From a virus (Duplodnaviria; Caudoviricetes): DNA of 45,140 nt. A model generated the notes under the pieces. It made no database searches. It was given only the letters and a program-made list of their open reading frames with translations, and had not been told where the DNA came from. The stretch spans positions 1-45,140 of IMG/VR virus record IMGVR_UViG_3300032242_002100, one strand, 5' to 3'. The translations under genes and the position numbers were made by a program. This document shows positions 7,567 to 17,960 of this stretch, in pieces (positions within the stretch are counted from its first letter, which is position 1; every line of letters starts with the position of its first letter).

Positions 7567-8979
7567 TTATTTACCGCCGTAAATCTCAATTTTCTCAAGA
7601 CGGCCTTTGCCACCGCCAGCACCCGCATCCATGTCGTTGATGGTGCGATAAACCTTACCACCTGACTTGCGTGCCATTGCCATCTGCGGCATTGGAGGAC
7701 GTGCGCCCATAGGACCGCCTGCACCCATAGGAGGCATACCGCCAGGAGGCATCATGCCGCCCATTGGAGCGCCGCCCGAAGGCATCATGCCTGCTGGTGG
7801 CATTGGCGGAGGAACCGGAACGCCCTGCGGAGGACGTGGCGGCATCTGTGGCTGCTGTGGGTTGCCCATAGCGCCCGCCGGATGCTGTGCAATGACAATA
7901 TTGACGTTTGTCTTGCCCTTTGCACGACCGCCAGCCTTACGAGCAATGCGACCGCCTGTTGGACGGACGCCCGTTTCTTCCATGATGTTGCCGCCATGAG
8001 CGCGATGCTTGATGGCTTCCGGCTTGATCATCTTCTTGATCAGCTTCTTATCTTCGGCTTCATCAGGATGTTCCGCCTTGCCGCCATGCGCGTGGTGCAT
8101 ACCCTTAAGCGTCTTAGCTAAGTTGGCTTTTCTGGCGAGATTTGGATTGTCGCTATGTGATGCTTTCTCCAACTTCTTCGCCGGAATCTTTTCGCCCGCC
8201 GGAACGTGCAATGCTTTATGGAGAGAGCCCGGATGTTTGATGGCCTTCTGAATCCACTTTTCAGCTTTGCCTCCATGCTTGCGCGGCATTGCGTTAACCA
8301 AATCATCCACCGAACGATACGACTGAGGAGCATTGCGCACCAAGTCATCCGTTGACTGATACTGACGGCGCGGAGGAAGCGGGATATTGCCACTCTTATC
8401 CGCAAATTGGATTTCGGCAGGAGTAATTGGTTTGCCAGTCTGTGTGTTGATGAATTTGTTAATGGCGTCCTTGCCAACAACATTGCCATCAAGACCTGCG
8501 TGGTGTTCGCGCTTGGCTTTACCGCCATGCTTGCGGCCCATAGGCATTGCGGCACGTGCGTTCTGCAACATGTCCTGCGAAACTACGTTCGGTCCAATAG
8601 GACCGCCGCCCATTTTCTTGACCTTGCCGCCCTTCTTCATGCCACCAATATGCTTGTCGCCATCGCGGTATTCATTTGCCTTCTTGAGATCACGATTGAT
8701 CAAACGATCAACCGGAGGCATTGCGCTTCCGCCATCTTTGCGAGGTTTACGGTCTGCGCGAGGCGGGTTCTTATGGCCCTCTGCCTTCTTCAAAACTTTA
8801 CCGCCACGCTTAAACTGACGCTTTGAGACTGGGCGCATACCCGTCTTTACGTCTGCATCAAGTGCGTCTGGCGGGGTGTAACCGCTGGCATCAATCGGCG
8901 TGCCACGAGGGTCGGCGCGAACCAACCTCTCCACTTTGCTCTTCGCGGCCTTTCGGGCCGACTTGGAGGCTTCTGACAT
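7567..8979 (-). CDS. Basic low-complexity protein with about 10 xxxGG repeats and a Pro/Met-rich tract
   Basis: 470 aa; AGGAG SD; located in the head cluster. Confidence 0.8.
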   Translation of the reverse strand: MSEASKSARKAAKSKVERLVRADPRGTPIDASGYTPPDALDADVKTGMRPVSKRQFKRGGKVLKKAEGHKNPPRADRKPRKDGGSAMPPVDRLINRDLKKANEYRDGDKHIGGMKKGGKVKKMGGGPIGPNVVSQDMLQNARAAMPMGRKHGGKAKREHHAGLDGNVVGKDAINKFINTQTGKPITPAEIQFADKSGNIPLPPRRQYQSTDDLVRNAPQSYRSVDDLVNAMPRKHGGKAEKWIQKAIKHPGSLHKALHVPAGEKIPAKKLEKASHSDNPNLARKANLAKTLKGMHHAHGGKAEHPDEAEDKKLIKKMIKPEAIKHRAHGGNIMEETGVRPTGGRIARKAGGRAKGKTNVNIVIAQHPAGAMGNPQQPQMPPRPPQGVPVPPPMPPAGMMPSGGAPMGGMMPPGGMPPMGAGGPMGARPPMPQMAMARKSGGKVYRTINDMDAGAGGGKGRLEKIEIYGGK

Positions 8980-8994
8980 TGACTTCTCCTAGGA

Positions 8995-11900
8995 TTAAGA
9001 CCGGCGTCCCGGTAGCTGCTGTCGGGCAACATGGATGGCGTCGTGCAGCGGCGAACCATATCCAGATAATACATTAAGTGCGTGATCAACAACAGACCCG
9101 CCGCTTGCTTTTAGTTGGGTTGTATATGTTGATGTCACGCCAGTATTTGGGTTTGTCCAAGTAAATGTCGGTTGACCAGCAGAGTGCGCGGCGGCGAATG
9201 CTGCGCTGAAATTTGACGATGATAGATTGTTATAAGCCTCAACTGGAGACCCAGCACCAACGGCTGAAGGTGCAGACGTTCCAAAATCCTGACGGCCAAT
9301 AGACGCAGATGGGCCAGCGTTTAAATAAGCGTCAGAAGTTTGGCCTGGGTGGGCAAGAGGCGTGGCGTTAGTAGATCCGTAATCCCTCATCATTTGCGCT
9401 GGCGTAGCAAAGTCAGACGGAATACCAGCATTGATATTCGCAAGGGATTTGTTCATTCCAGCCATAGAAATGTCGGAATACGGGTCTCCTTGGTTTGGTG
9501 CTTGAACGCCAGTAAAGGCTCTGCCAATAGCAGGAAACAACCCCTGACCTTGAGACAAGTTTGCCACTTGCTGCATTGATTGCGCGTTTGGAACTTGCGA
9601 AAGAAGGTTTGATACGTAATTTAACCCTTGGCTTCCGCCAATATTTAACGGGCCTTTAGTTTCTGAACCTTGCGGTAATGGCTCACCGTAACCGCCACCG
9701 CCACCAAATTGGCTTGTCGGTTCGCCTATCTGACCGCCAGTTCCGCCCCAAGTTCCTGTATTAAAGCCAGGCGTATCACCTGCTCTTGCTGAGACTGAAT
9801 TGAACCTATCTCCTCCGTCATGACTGCCAAAGCTTGGTTGGTCATTTGAACTTTCTTCGTTGCCGCCGTAATTTGATTCAGACGAGTTGCCTTGATCACC
9901 GCCTCCGCCGTAACTATTACCGCTTGCCGAACCCGTTGATCCAGCCTCCGGCCCTTCGCCTTCGCCGCCAAAACCGAAATGCGGACGATCTTGTGCCCTA
10001 CCACCAGCAGCATGTGGGCCAAGCATAGCACGACGCTTCATCAATATTTGCCTTGCAGATTCTTTTGCCTGAGCAACTTTATCAGCATTTTTATTTATAA
10101 AATCAGATCCGCCACTTTGCTGTTCGCTGATATCGTTTGGATTTATTCCCTGACGTTTTAATTCATAGTTTTCAATTGGCCCAAATTGTTTGAGCATCAT
10201 GCTACGGACAAACTTTTCTTGGTCATCCGTTGCCCCAGCCTCGTCAGAAGAAGATTTGAAAATATCGCTTATAGACTGCCGCTTTTTGTCAGCCTCTTGA
10301 AATGCTTTATTATCGCCACTTGCAATGGCACTTTCCATTTCCTGATGTGCTTTATTGAGTTGATCATTAAGGATTTCCTTCAATTCATAATGAAACGGCT
10401 CATGAACCATGACTGATGGATATTTCGGGTCAACATACATTTTATCTGCTGGCGGGAATGTCTGACCCAGCACATTGTACGTAGACTGACTTGATAACAA
10501 ATCAAATTTGTCTGGTTGATAGCCCAATGCCGAAATAGGGTTTTTCTGTGCTGCCATGTACGCAGCATACAAAGCGTCAGATTCATTTGGCGTAAGAGGA
10601 CGCCTTATACCGCCTTGACGCTGTGCAATATCTTCCGGTTTTTCATAAATATTTCCCCGTGCGCCAGCTTGCAAATATCCGGCTTCCGGTGCGCCATAAG
10701 TTGCATCAACTGACCTGTAAAAATCTACATCAGCTTTGTTGGGGAACTTGCCTTCTGGCGGGTTATAGCTTTGCAATCCTTCTTTTGCCTTGTACGTCCC
10801 GCCTTCGTTTGGTCCTTGAATGTCGTAATAATAATCTGGAACATGAGACTTTGGCATAAGATCAGGCGGAGTTGCGGGGATTGCAACCTTTTGGCCTTCA
10901 ACTGTTGGCGCCGCAGGTATCATTGTTGGAGTGCTATGAACGTAATTTTTGCCGATATACTGGTCAGGTCCAGTACCCTCGTTGCCAAAATAGCTTCTGT
11001 CAGACGGTATTTTTTTGGTTACATTGACATCAAGCGGGGATACTGGCTGCTGGGCGTTACCATCAAGATTAATTGATCCTAACGCAGGCTGTGGTGCGGC
11101 AACTTGTGGCTGTTCCTTTGGCGTCATACCTTTCGTCCACGCCATTTTTGGCTCTGTTGACATGATATCTTTATAAACCTGCGGGAAGTCCCACGGCGTT
11201 TTTGGCGGCAATTGAACGTCGGGCGAAATGGCTACGGGCTTTGCTTCTTGAGCCGCAAGCTTTGCACGCATAGCTAACCGAGACGGTGCTTTTGTCTGTG
11301 CAACTTCCAACGCTTTATCAACAATGTCGGGCTGCGGATGACCGCTTTCCATCCATTGCTTGTCAGCAACTTCTCGCGCCAAGTTCCATGCACGCTCTGA
11401 ATCTTCTTTTGATCCAAAAGTTCCGTCAGGCATTGCATGAGTGCGGCCAGCAGGCGGATTATAGTCTGTTCCATTGCCCGCAATGTGATACGGATCAAGA
11501 TTTGGCCCTTTAGCTAACGGCGTGCTTTCTGGCTCCGGCGCTTGCGGGTTCATGTACTGCTCGTACAAGTGAAGTAATTGATCACGAACCTTCGGCGATT
11601 CCTGTGACGCTTGCTCGGCCATGTTGCTCAAACCACTAACGGCTTTGCTGCCAATGTCCTGCGCACCGCTGTATAACTGGCTGCCAACGTCAGACGCTTT
11701 GTTCTTTAGGTAATCAATGTTCTCTTCAGGAGACGGCAAGCTTTCAGCAAACTTCTGGATATTTTCCTTGTCAAACAAACCAGCAAGCGACGACAGCCAA
11801 GACGACTCGTCCTGCACGCCGCCACCTGCGGCGCGGGCAACCCGAAGGGCGTCGGTGACGAGGCCGCCGTGTTCTTTGGTTATGTCAGAAGTTGACGGGT

Positions 11901-12945
11901 CAAATGTGCCTTGGTTGCCAGTTGCGGATTTGATTTGGTGCGGATGAAAGGCAACAATTTGTTTAATTGGCGTTAAACCATCTGGGCTATCCATGAATGT
12001 CGAGGGAAGAACTATTCCATCATATCCAGATTTAATTAAATGATCGCGCAAAGCATTATAATTAACTTTATCATCAACCATTCTGGCCTGCCGACCAACT
12101 ATTTTATAATCTGGACGAGAAAATGTCGTATATGCGTCAACCAAATCTTTAATGCTATTGTAATTGTCCGCAATCAATGGATTTTTTATACTTAAATGCA
12201 CTGGCTGAACATTTGCCCCTTTACCGCGAGCAGCAAAATTAGCAAAATCAGACGCAGATTCTGGATTATCCGTGAACCAATGGCCTATTGGACTTTCACG
12301 AGATCCTGCCCCTTTGTTTGTTATTTCGTAATTTGAAAAATCAGATCCTGTCCCATGATATGTAACAGATGGAATTTCAGGATGATTACCTTCTTGAAAC
12401 TTTGCCAAATTTTCTTCACGCGCTGGGTCGCCATAAGGAATGAATGATTTATTTCCTTCAACATTTTGCGCAGTATTAAATTTTTTTTCTGTCTCAGAAG
12501 AAGGGCGAATACTACGCAATGCTTCATCCCAAAAATTAACTAAACCAGAATTTCCTTCTGATTTATGATAATCAATAGCTTGTTGAATATGGCTTCTAAC
12601 GGCATCTATATTGCCATTTTTTTCATTCCAAATATCTTGAACACGCGCTGCGATTAAAGGATTACCGCCTTGAATAGGCGCACCACCAGCTTGCGGCGGC
12701 GTCAATTGTTGCGCACCCGTAGCAAATTGCGGGACGTTGGCTTCAAGGTCCATACCCCGCAATGCTTGCGTCGGCATAGACAGTTTCTGCGTAATTATGT
12801 CACCGCCCAAATCCGTATGAGCTTGCGCTGACTGGCCCAAGTCAGTGTTATCATCAACACCGCCCTGCGTGGCATAACCGCCACGGGCAAAATGCTTCGC
12901 CACCAGTAATGCTGCTCTTACGGCCTTGTGCGGATCTTGGGTCAT
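8995..12945 (-). CDS. Polyvalent protein: ART-PolyVal-like ADP-ribosyltransferase domain plus HExxH zincin-like domain
   Basis: YHGT...GHWFTD...PVHLSIKNP...GYDGI...VAFHPHQIKSATGNQGTF; VMVHEPFH; ATGA overlap with the portal gene. Confidence 0.75.
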   Translation of the reverse strand: MTQDPHKAVRAALLVAKHFARGGYATQGGVDDNTDLGQSAQAHTDLGGDIITQKLSMPTQALRGMDLEANVPQFATGAQQLTPPQAGGAPIQGGNPLIAARVQDIWNEKNGNIDAVRSHIQQAIDYHKSEGNSGLVNFWDEALRSIRPSSETEKKFNTAQNVEGNKSFIPYGDPAREENLAKFQEGNHPEIPSVTYHGTGSDFSNYEITNKGAGSRESPIGHWFTDNPESASDFANFAARGKGANVQPVHLSIKNPLIADNYNSIKDLVDAYTTFSRPDYKIVGRQARMVDDKVNYNALRDHLIKSGYDGIVLPSTFMDSPDGLTPIKQIVAFHPHQIKSATGNQGTFDPSTSDITKEHGGLVTDALRVARAAGGGVQDESSWLSSLAGLFDKENIQKFAESLPSPEENIDYLKNKASDVGSQLYSGAQDIGSKAVSGLSNMAEQASQESPKVRDQLLHLYEQYMNPQAPEPESTPLAKGPNLDPYHIAGNGTDYNPPAGRTHAMPDGTFGSKEDSERAWNLAREVADKQWMESGHPQPDIVDKALEVAQTKAPSRLAMRAKLAAQEAKPVAISPDVQLPPKTPWDFPQVYKDIMSTEPKMAWTKGMTPKEQPQVAAPQPALGSINLDGNAQQPVSPLDVNVTKKIPSDRSYFGNEGTGPDQYIGKNYVHSTPTMIPAAPTVEGQKVAIPATPPDLMPKSHVPDYYYDIQGPNEGGTYKAKEGLQSYNPPEGKFPNKADVDFYRSVDATYGAPEAGYLQAGARGNIYEKPEDIAQRQGGIRRPLTPNESDALYAAYMAAQKNPISALGYQPDKFDLLSSQSTYNVLGQTFPPADKMYVDPKYPSVMVHEPFHYELKEILNDQLNKAHQEMESAIASGDNKAFQEADKKRQSISDIFKSSSDEAGATDDQEKFVRSMMLKQFGPIENYELKRQGINPNDISEQQSGGSDFINKNADKVAQAKESARQILMKRRAMLGPHAAGGRAQDRPHFGFGGEGEGPEAGSTGSASGNSYGGGGDQGNSSESNYGGNEESSNDQPSFGSHDGGDRFNSVSARAGDTPGFNTGTWGGTGGQIGEPTSQFGGGGGYGEPLPQGSETKGPLNIGGSQGLNYVSNLLSQVPNAQSMQQVANLSQGQGLFPAIGRAFTGVQAPNQGDPYSDISMAGMNKSLANINAGIPSDFATPAQMMRDYGSTNATPLAHPGQTSDAYLNAGPSASIGRQDFGTSAPSAVGAGSPVEAYNNLSSSNFSAAFAAAHSAGQPTFTWTNPNTGVTSTYTTQLKASGGSVVDHALNVLSGYGSPLHDAIHVARQQLPGRRS

Positions 12946-15251
12946 TGGTTTCTCGGCACGTTGGAAAGTGACGGCTCTTGGCTTTCAAGCGTCTGAAGCA
13001 TCTGCGGGTTGATCAAGCTGTTCACAATTGGAATACCGGCAGGGTTTTGAGCCAATTCTTCTGCCAACTTGATTGCCGCAAGACGTTCACGGCTTTCGCG
13101 GTCACGCTTACGGTTCTCGGCGTCAAGCAACGAGTCCTGACCCTTTTGCTGGATTTCGGCTTGCTTGACCTGCAAATCCGCCATCTTCACCGGATCTGGC
13201 TGCTGCTGACCAGTCTGACCAGCCTGTCCGACTTGCGCCTGAACCTGCGCCATACGGGCCTGAGCCGTCATTGTCTTGGCGTCGGCTTCCTGTTTATCGA
13301 TCTGCATCTTCGCCATCATTTGCTGGATTTCTGGCGGCGTCTGGCCTTGAGCCGAAGGAGGAGCCATAAACTGTTCAGGGTTTGACCAGCCAATCGCCTG
13401 CAATGCCGCCATATCAATCGCAATCGGATCGTACATGGACGGATTGGCTGCCTGCAATTGCTTCAACGCCATGATCTTCATGACGCGCTGGCCGTGCGAC
13501 GCGGTATTCGGATCAGCCTGCGGAACCAATTCGCAATTCTCAAGTGCGCGAAGGAATGTCTGCTCGTCCCACTCAAGCGACGGCTTGCGGTTGCGCTGCC
13601 AGAACGACTCAGGGTTTTCTTTGAATAAGCGTACAAGAAGCTGAAACTCTTCGGCTTGCGCGGCGTGCATCCGCTTGTGGACGGCATTCAATACTTTTGT
13701 TGCCTGCTCAATCATTGCAAGCGTCGTGCCAACTGGCGCATCGGCTCGGCCTTCGCCAACTTGTTGCTCAGATGTGCCACCAATCCGCATACCTGTCTGA
13801 GCCATATTCTCGGTCAAAGTCATCAAACCGGCGCCGACATCCTTGTACGGCAACGGCATAATCGCCTGCTGAATTGGCATGTTGCCCGTCTTGACCAGCG
13901 CACCACCGCCCGGCGGAACGCGGAAGATGTTGGTGTTCTGACGTGCGCCAGTGTCGGCCATCAAGAAGCCTGGGAAGTTGGCGTACATACCGGCGTCAAG
14001 CATCTCACGCCACGCAGCCGTCAACGCATTCGTCGTGTTGCCGAGAACGTGCAGGAGACCAATGTCGTAAAAGCCCATGCCAGGCACGAACGTATACTTG
14101 ACGAAGTTTGACCGCGCTTCAGGCAGTTCCTGATCGTCCTCGTCGTAGTTCCTGACAATTGAAAGGATTTGCTTTGACGAAACATCAACCGTGACGCGGT
14201 AAGGGATTTCAAGGCCGGTCTCTTTGCCCTTCCACTTATGCTCAAAGCCCTTGATATCCAATTCGCAATAAACTTCGTAAATCTCACGATCACGGTCTTC
14301 TGGATTGGACGAGCTTTCGGAAATGCCCTGCTGCGCCTTCTTCTCACGACGGACGGCATCGTCCTTCGGATTGTCAGGCGTCGGCAAGTCAATGTCACGA
14401 TAAACGCCAAGGATCTGCAGGCGCTTCACGACGGACGGACGCATAAACGAGCGGTGCGTAATACGTTTCGCATTGTGCAAGTCGGTCGCTGCATTGTTGA
14501 CGATCAAGTCGTCGGCATCAACGCTTTCAAGAACTGGTCGGTTGCGCAGCGGGCAATAGTAGCCCTTCTTGAACGCAGTCCCGCCAAAGCCGAGCATCAA
14601 CAACATGCGGTCGGTGTCGGGATAATACTCAGTGGCGACTGCCGTCAGAAAGTGGTTGAGGTCATTCTCAAGCGCTGTCGCGTCTTGATCCTGCTGGACA
14701 TTGCCGTCATTACCGTCAACGCGAACCTTCACTGGTCCGTCAGTAGGCAACAACTCGGAGCGAGCGTTAGCCTGAAACCGTAGCACCGCTTCGAGCAAGA
14801 GAGGGTGGCGGACGCGAGACATGCCTTCGACGGGAGCCCCATCCGCAGCGCCAGCAAGTCCAGGTATTTCGATTTTAAGCCCCAGTAGTTTGATACCCTG
14901 AGTACGATCTTCAATCCACTCACGGCGACTTTCGATGTCAGCTTCAATTCCACGGAGGAGTTCGTCTGAAATACGCCCAAGTTCGAGGTCGTCGATGTCT
15001 TCAACAAGGTTTTCAAACCAGCCACGATTCTCACGAGCTTCCGCATCCTGAATAGGCTTTCCGTCAAGACTGACAGTGATTGATCCGTCGTCATGCTTGA
15101 TCTTGATGACCGCGCCCTTCTCGTCAAACTCAGGGACGTCGCCACCGCCCGCAGCCATTTCGACAATGATATCGATTGGATCTGTCGGCTGGCTTCGTAT
15201 CTCGTCGTCAGGCAAGCGAATACTTGGCGACAGATCTGGTACTAACGGCAT
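12942..15251 (-). CDS. Portal protein
   Basis: 769 aa directly after TerL; HPLLLEA, GTAFKK, PGMGFY, APVGTT motifs and a Gln-rich C-terminal region, as in P22-like podovirus portals. Confidence 0.88.
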   Translation of the reverse strand: MPLVPDLSPSIRLPDDEIRSQPTDPIDIIVEMAAGGGDVPEFDEKGAVIKIKHDDGSITVSLDGKPIQDAEARENRGWFENLVEDIDDLELGRISDELLRGIEADIESRREWIEDRTQGIKLLGLKIEIPGLAGAADGAPVEGMSRVRHPLLLEAVLRFQANARSELLPTDGPVKVRVDGNDGNVQQDQDATALENDLNHFLTAVATEYYPDTDRMLLMLGFGGTAFKKGYYCPLRNRPVLESVDADDLIVNNAATDLHNAKRITHRSFMRPSVVKRLQILGVYRDIDLPTPDNPKDDAVRREKKAQQGISESSSNPEDRDREIYEVYCELDIKGFEHKWKGKETGLEIPYRVTVDVSSKQILSIVRNYDEDDQELPEARSNFVKYTFVPGMGFYDIGLLHVLGNTTNALTAAWREMLDAGMYANFPGFLMADTGARQNTNIFRVPPGGGALVKTGNMPIQQAIMPLPYKDVGAGLMTLTENMAQTGMRIGGTSEQQVGEGRADAPVGTTLAMIEQATKVLNAVHKRMHAAQAEEFQLLVRLFKENPESFWQRNRKPSLEWDEQTFLRALENCELVPQADPNTASHGQRVMKIMALKQLQAANPSMYDPIAIDMAALQAIGWSNPEQFMAPPSAQGQTPPEIQQMMAKMQIDKQEADAKTMTAQARMAQVQAQVGQAGQTGQQQPDPVKMADLQVKQAEIQQKGQDSLLDAENRKRDRESRERLAAIKLAEELAQNPAGIPIVNSLINPQMLQTLESQEPSLSNVPRNQ

Positions 15252-15291
15252 TTGGTAACCCTCAAAAATATGGTGTCAAAATACCCGAAAG

Positions 15292-16917
15292 TCAGACGGG
15301 ATACAACGGCACGAATGTATTGCCCTCAAAGCGGCTTGTAGCGTCAATTTCGGCTGTCCGCTCAACTCCACGTGTCATCATACCGAGATCGCGCAAGTGG
15401 CGTAGGGCTTGGCTGACGGTATCGACGAGATCGTCGTTTTTGCCTTTCGGGAACACGCTGACCTGCTGGATGACCATATCGGCCCAGATCTTATCAGGGG
15501 CATAAATCATTCCCTCTTGGAACAAATGCGATATTGAATGCAGGCGTGCGCCTTTATCCATTCGACCAACTGGCTGCAATTGGACCGAGAACAATTCGTG
15601 GCTGTATAAGCGCCGGATTTCCTGATCGACCGAGATACCGGCTGCGGTTGATTCGATCAGAAGTTTGTCCACCTTCATGTCACGGCAAGTTTTGGCAACA
15701 CGGTTAACAAGATCGTTCAGCGTCAATTTGTCTTGCCAAGCATCCACAAGCATGACTTTCGGGACGAGATCGCCGTATGTGCGCTCAACCGCCATCGGTC
15801 GCCCGTTCGGCCCAATAATCATGTTTGGCTGCGCGACGCTGTCCATTGAGAAGACGCCCCAGACGGTCATGGCGGAATAGTCGCCCTCGGTCTTGGTTGT
15901 GTAAGCGGTGTCGAGCGACGCCAGAATGTAATCAAACGGCGGGAACTGGTCGTCGTATTTCAGCCACCACTCGTTCTTGATGATGCCGCCACCACGAGGC
16001 GCTGGCTCCTGTTGCATTTGCCCAGCGAAGGCGTATTCGCCCATGATCTTTCGGTCACGGTCAACGACAGACTTCGGGAATCGTTCGGGGAATAAGAGAT
16101 GGCCGTCTTCTGTTCGGCTATCAATGTAACCGAGTTTTGTCGGATAAGCGCGAAGCGGGTCAAATAGCATCGGCAGACAGATGTGGTCGTAACCCAATTG
16201 CTTGTCGAGGATAACGCCAGAAATGTCGTCCGTGTGCAGCCGCTGCATGATGACAGCAATGACAGACCGCTCAGGATTGACGAGACGGGTCGGTACGGCT
16301 TCCAAGAACCACTCAATCGTTGACGACCGAACGACTTCAGACGCGGCGTCTTGAACGGACAAGGGATCATCTATCAGGACGCGGTCGGCACGGGCGCCGG
16401 TGATTGAACCTGCGGCAGTCGCCTGACGAAAGCCCATCTGGGTGTTTTCAAACTTGGTCTTCTGGTTTTGGTCGCCAGATAATTGAACGTGCGGCCAACG
16501 CTTCTGATACCACTCGGACGTCACAAGGCGGCGCATCTTCGTCGCGTCACGGATGGACAGATCAAGACTGTGGGCGGCGCAAAGATACCGCAAGTGCGGC
16601 ATGTTGCACGGACCCCACTCCCACGCGGGCCAGAAGACGTTGAGGAGCAGCGACTTCATGAAGCCTGGCGGGATATTGATCAACAGGCGGTTGTAAGGCT
16701 TGCCGTCAATTTCCTCGCCGTCTGTTATCGCCTCAAGGTGAGCGCAGATGAAGTCAACGTGCCAACCGTGAATATAAGGCGCACCAGGCTCAACGACATG
16801 CCACGCCTGACGAACAAACTCCGCCAGTGACCGCTTACACTTCTCACGTGAGTTGATCAGCATCTGTTCCCTCGCGGGAATCATCATGCCTTTGTACTTG
16901 ACGTAAACTTCGGCCAT
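15292..16917 (-). CDS. terL: Terminase large subunit
   Basis: Walker A PPGFMKS, Walker B VLIDDP, MQRLH, QQEP, nuclease motifs SLDTA and DDLVD. Confidence 0.95.
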   Translation of the reverse strand: MAEVYVKYKGMMIPAREQMLINSREKCKRSLAEFVRQAWHVVEPGAPYIHGWHVDFICAHLEAITDGEEIDGKPYNRLLINIPPGFMKSLLLNVFWPAWEWGPCNMPHLRYLCAAHSLDLSIRDATKMRRLVTSEWYQKRWPHVQLSGDQNQKTKFENTQMGFRQATAAGSITGARADRVLIDDPLSVQDAASEVVRSSTIEWFLEAVPTRLVNPERSVIAVIMQRLHTDDISGVILDKQLGYDHICLPMLFDPLRAYPTKLGYIDSRTEDGHLLFPERFPKSVVDRDRKIMGEYAFAGQMQQEPAPRGGGIIKNEWWLKYDDQFPPFDYILASLDTAYTTKTEGDYSAMTVWGVFSMDSVAQPNMIIGPNGRPMAVERTYGDLVPKVMLVDAWQDKLTLNDLVNRVAKTCRDMKVDKLLIESTAAGISVDQEIRRLYSHELFSVQLQPVGRMDKGARLHSISHLFQEGMIYAPDKIWADMVIQQVSVFPKGKNDDLVDTVSQALRHLRDLGMMTRGVERTAEIDATSRFEGNTFVPLYPV

Positions 16918-17390
16918 CAGTCGTCAACTTCCTCGCCAGCAGCCGCAATGGCCGCAGCAAGGATATCGTCAAGAGCATCAAGATGGTCGTCTTCAAGCTG
17001 ATCTGGCAAAACCGTCTTCGTTTCGATCTTGATCGGGCCGCCATCAGCTCCAGTGACCTCTTTTCGGTCAGTATAGTCGTCTCTGAACCGAGATCCGACT
17101 GATTTCAGCCACAATTGGGCGTTGAAGTTCTTGTCGCCCATATGCGTTTTTGCAAGCGATTCCCAGTGAGCCTGCGAATGAGTTTGCGCACGTGCGAGAG
17201 CGGTCGCAAATTCTGGATGCAAATCACGCCAGTCAAAGATCGTTGCTTTGGCGACATCCAACTCCGAAGCCATCTGCGCGATAGAGTGACCGAGCTTTCC
17301 ATATTCAATAATTTTGTCGCAATACTCCGGCTTGTAGCTCGAAGGGCGACCTACTTTTAATTTGTCTTCTGGTTTTTTTCTCGGAGTCAT
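16917..17390 (-). CDS. terS: Terminase small subunit
   Basis: GRPSSYKPEYC plus HTH...HPEF...EVTGADGGPI; TGATG-coupled to terL; an alternative GTG start lies at 17402. Confidence 0.85.
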   Translation of the reverse strand: MTPRKKPEDKLKVGRPSSYKPEYCDKIIEYGKLGHSIAQMASELDVAKATIFDWRDLHPEFATALARAQTHSQAHWESLAKTHMGDKNFNAQLWLKSVGSRFRDDYTDRKEVTGADGGPIKIETKTVLPDQLEDDHLDALDDILAAAIAAAGEEVDD

Positions 17391-17456
17391 TCGCTCACCC
17401 ACATTACAATACTGTCAGAGGATATTTCTATCCTCCGACAATATCATAATATTGTG

Positions 17457-17792
17457 TCAATCAAAATCCGGATCAATACCAGCATCCATCACCAATGTTT
17501 CTTTGATGCTCTTTGCTGGTGCTTTGGTTGCAGACTTCATGGCGAACTGACCGAGAGGCGTGTCGGCGAGCATCCCCAGCGCGTGCAAATATGTATCCAT
17601 GATAGCACGTTCGTTGTTGCGCTCTTCCTCGGTCTTTTTACGTTCAGCGATAATCTTTCGGATGATCTTGACGTCGAATCCGTTGCCCTTGGCCTCAAGA
17701 AAGACTTCCTTGATTCCTTCGGCGATAACGGCTTTCTCGTTTTCTAGGTTCTCAATACGATCAATGATAGACTGCAACTGATTGTTTTTCAT
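17457..17792 (-). CDS. gapR: GapR / DUF2312 (UPF0335) nucleoid-associated protein
   Basis: QLQSIIDRIENLENEK...IKEVFLEAKGNGFDVKIIRKII...YLHALGM. Confidence 0.9.
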   Translation of the reverse strand: MKNNQLQSIIDRIENLENEKAVIAEGIKEVFLEAKGNGFDVKIIRKIIAERKKTEEERNNERAIMDTYLHALGMLADTPLGQFAMKSATKAPAKSIKETLVMDAGIDPDFD

Positions 17793-17886
17793 AACGATTC
17801 CCTCTTTTGCTCGGCGGGATGCCGAAGCCGAAACATTGCTTCAAAAATTATTTTTTATCAAGTGTGCATTTTTTTCACTTTTATTG

Positions 17887-17915
17887 TTGACATGAGAAAT
17901 ATCTTCTCATATGGT
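17887..17915 (+). promoter_or_regulatory. Sigma70 promoter with a palindromic operator in the spacer
   Basis: TTGACA-17 bp-TATGGT; ATGAGAA-atatc-TTCTCAT inverted repeat at 17892-17910; AT-rich upstream tract. Confidence 0.75.
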
Positions 17916-17960
17916 CATTCTTGTCAGCAACCACTGACGACGAACCAGATGGAGATGATT

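Noticed and set aside
202-17360. Plus-strand ORFs over the head module (also 33.5-45 kb)
   Set aside because: Antisense shadows of well-supported minus-strand genes, with no recognisable motifs
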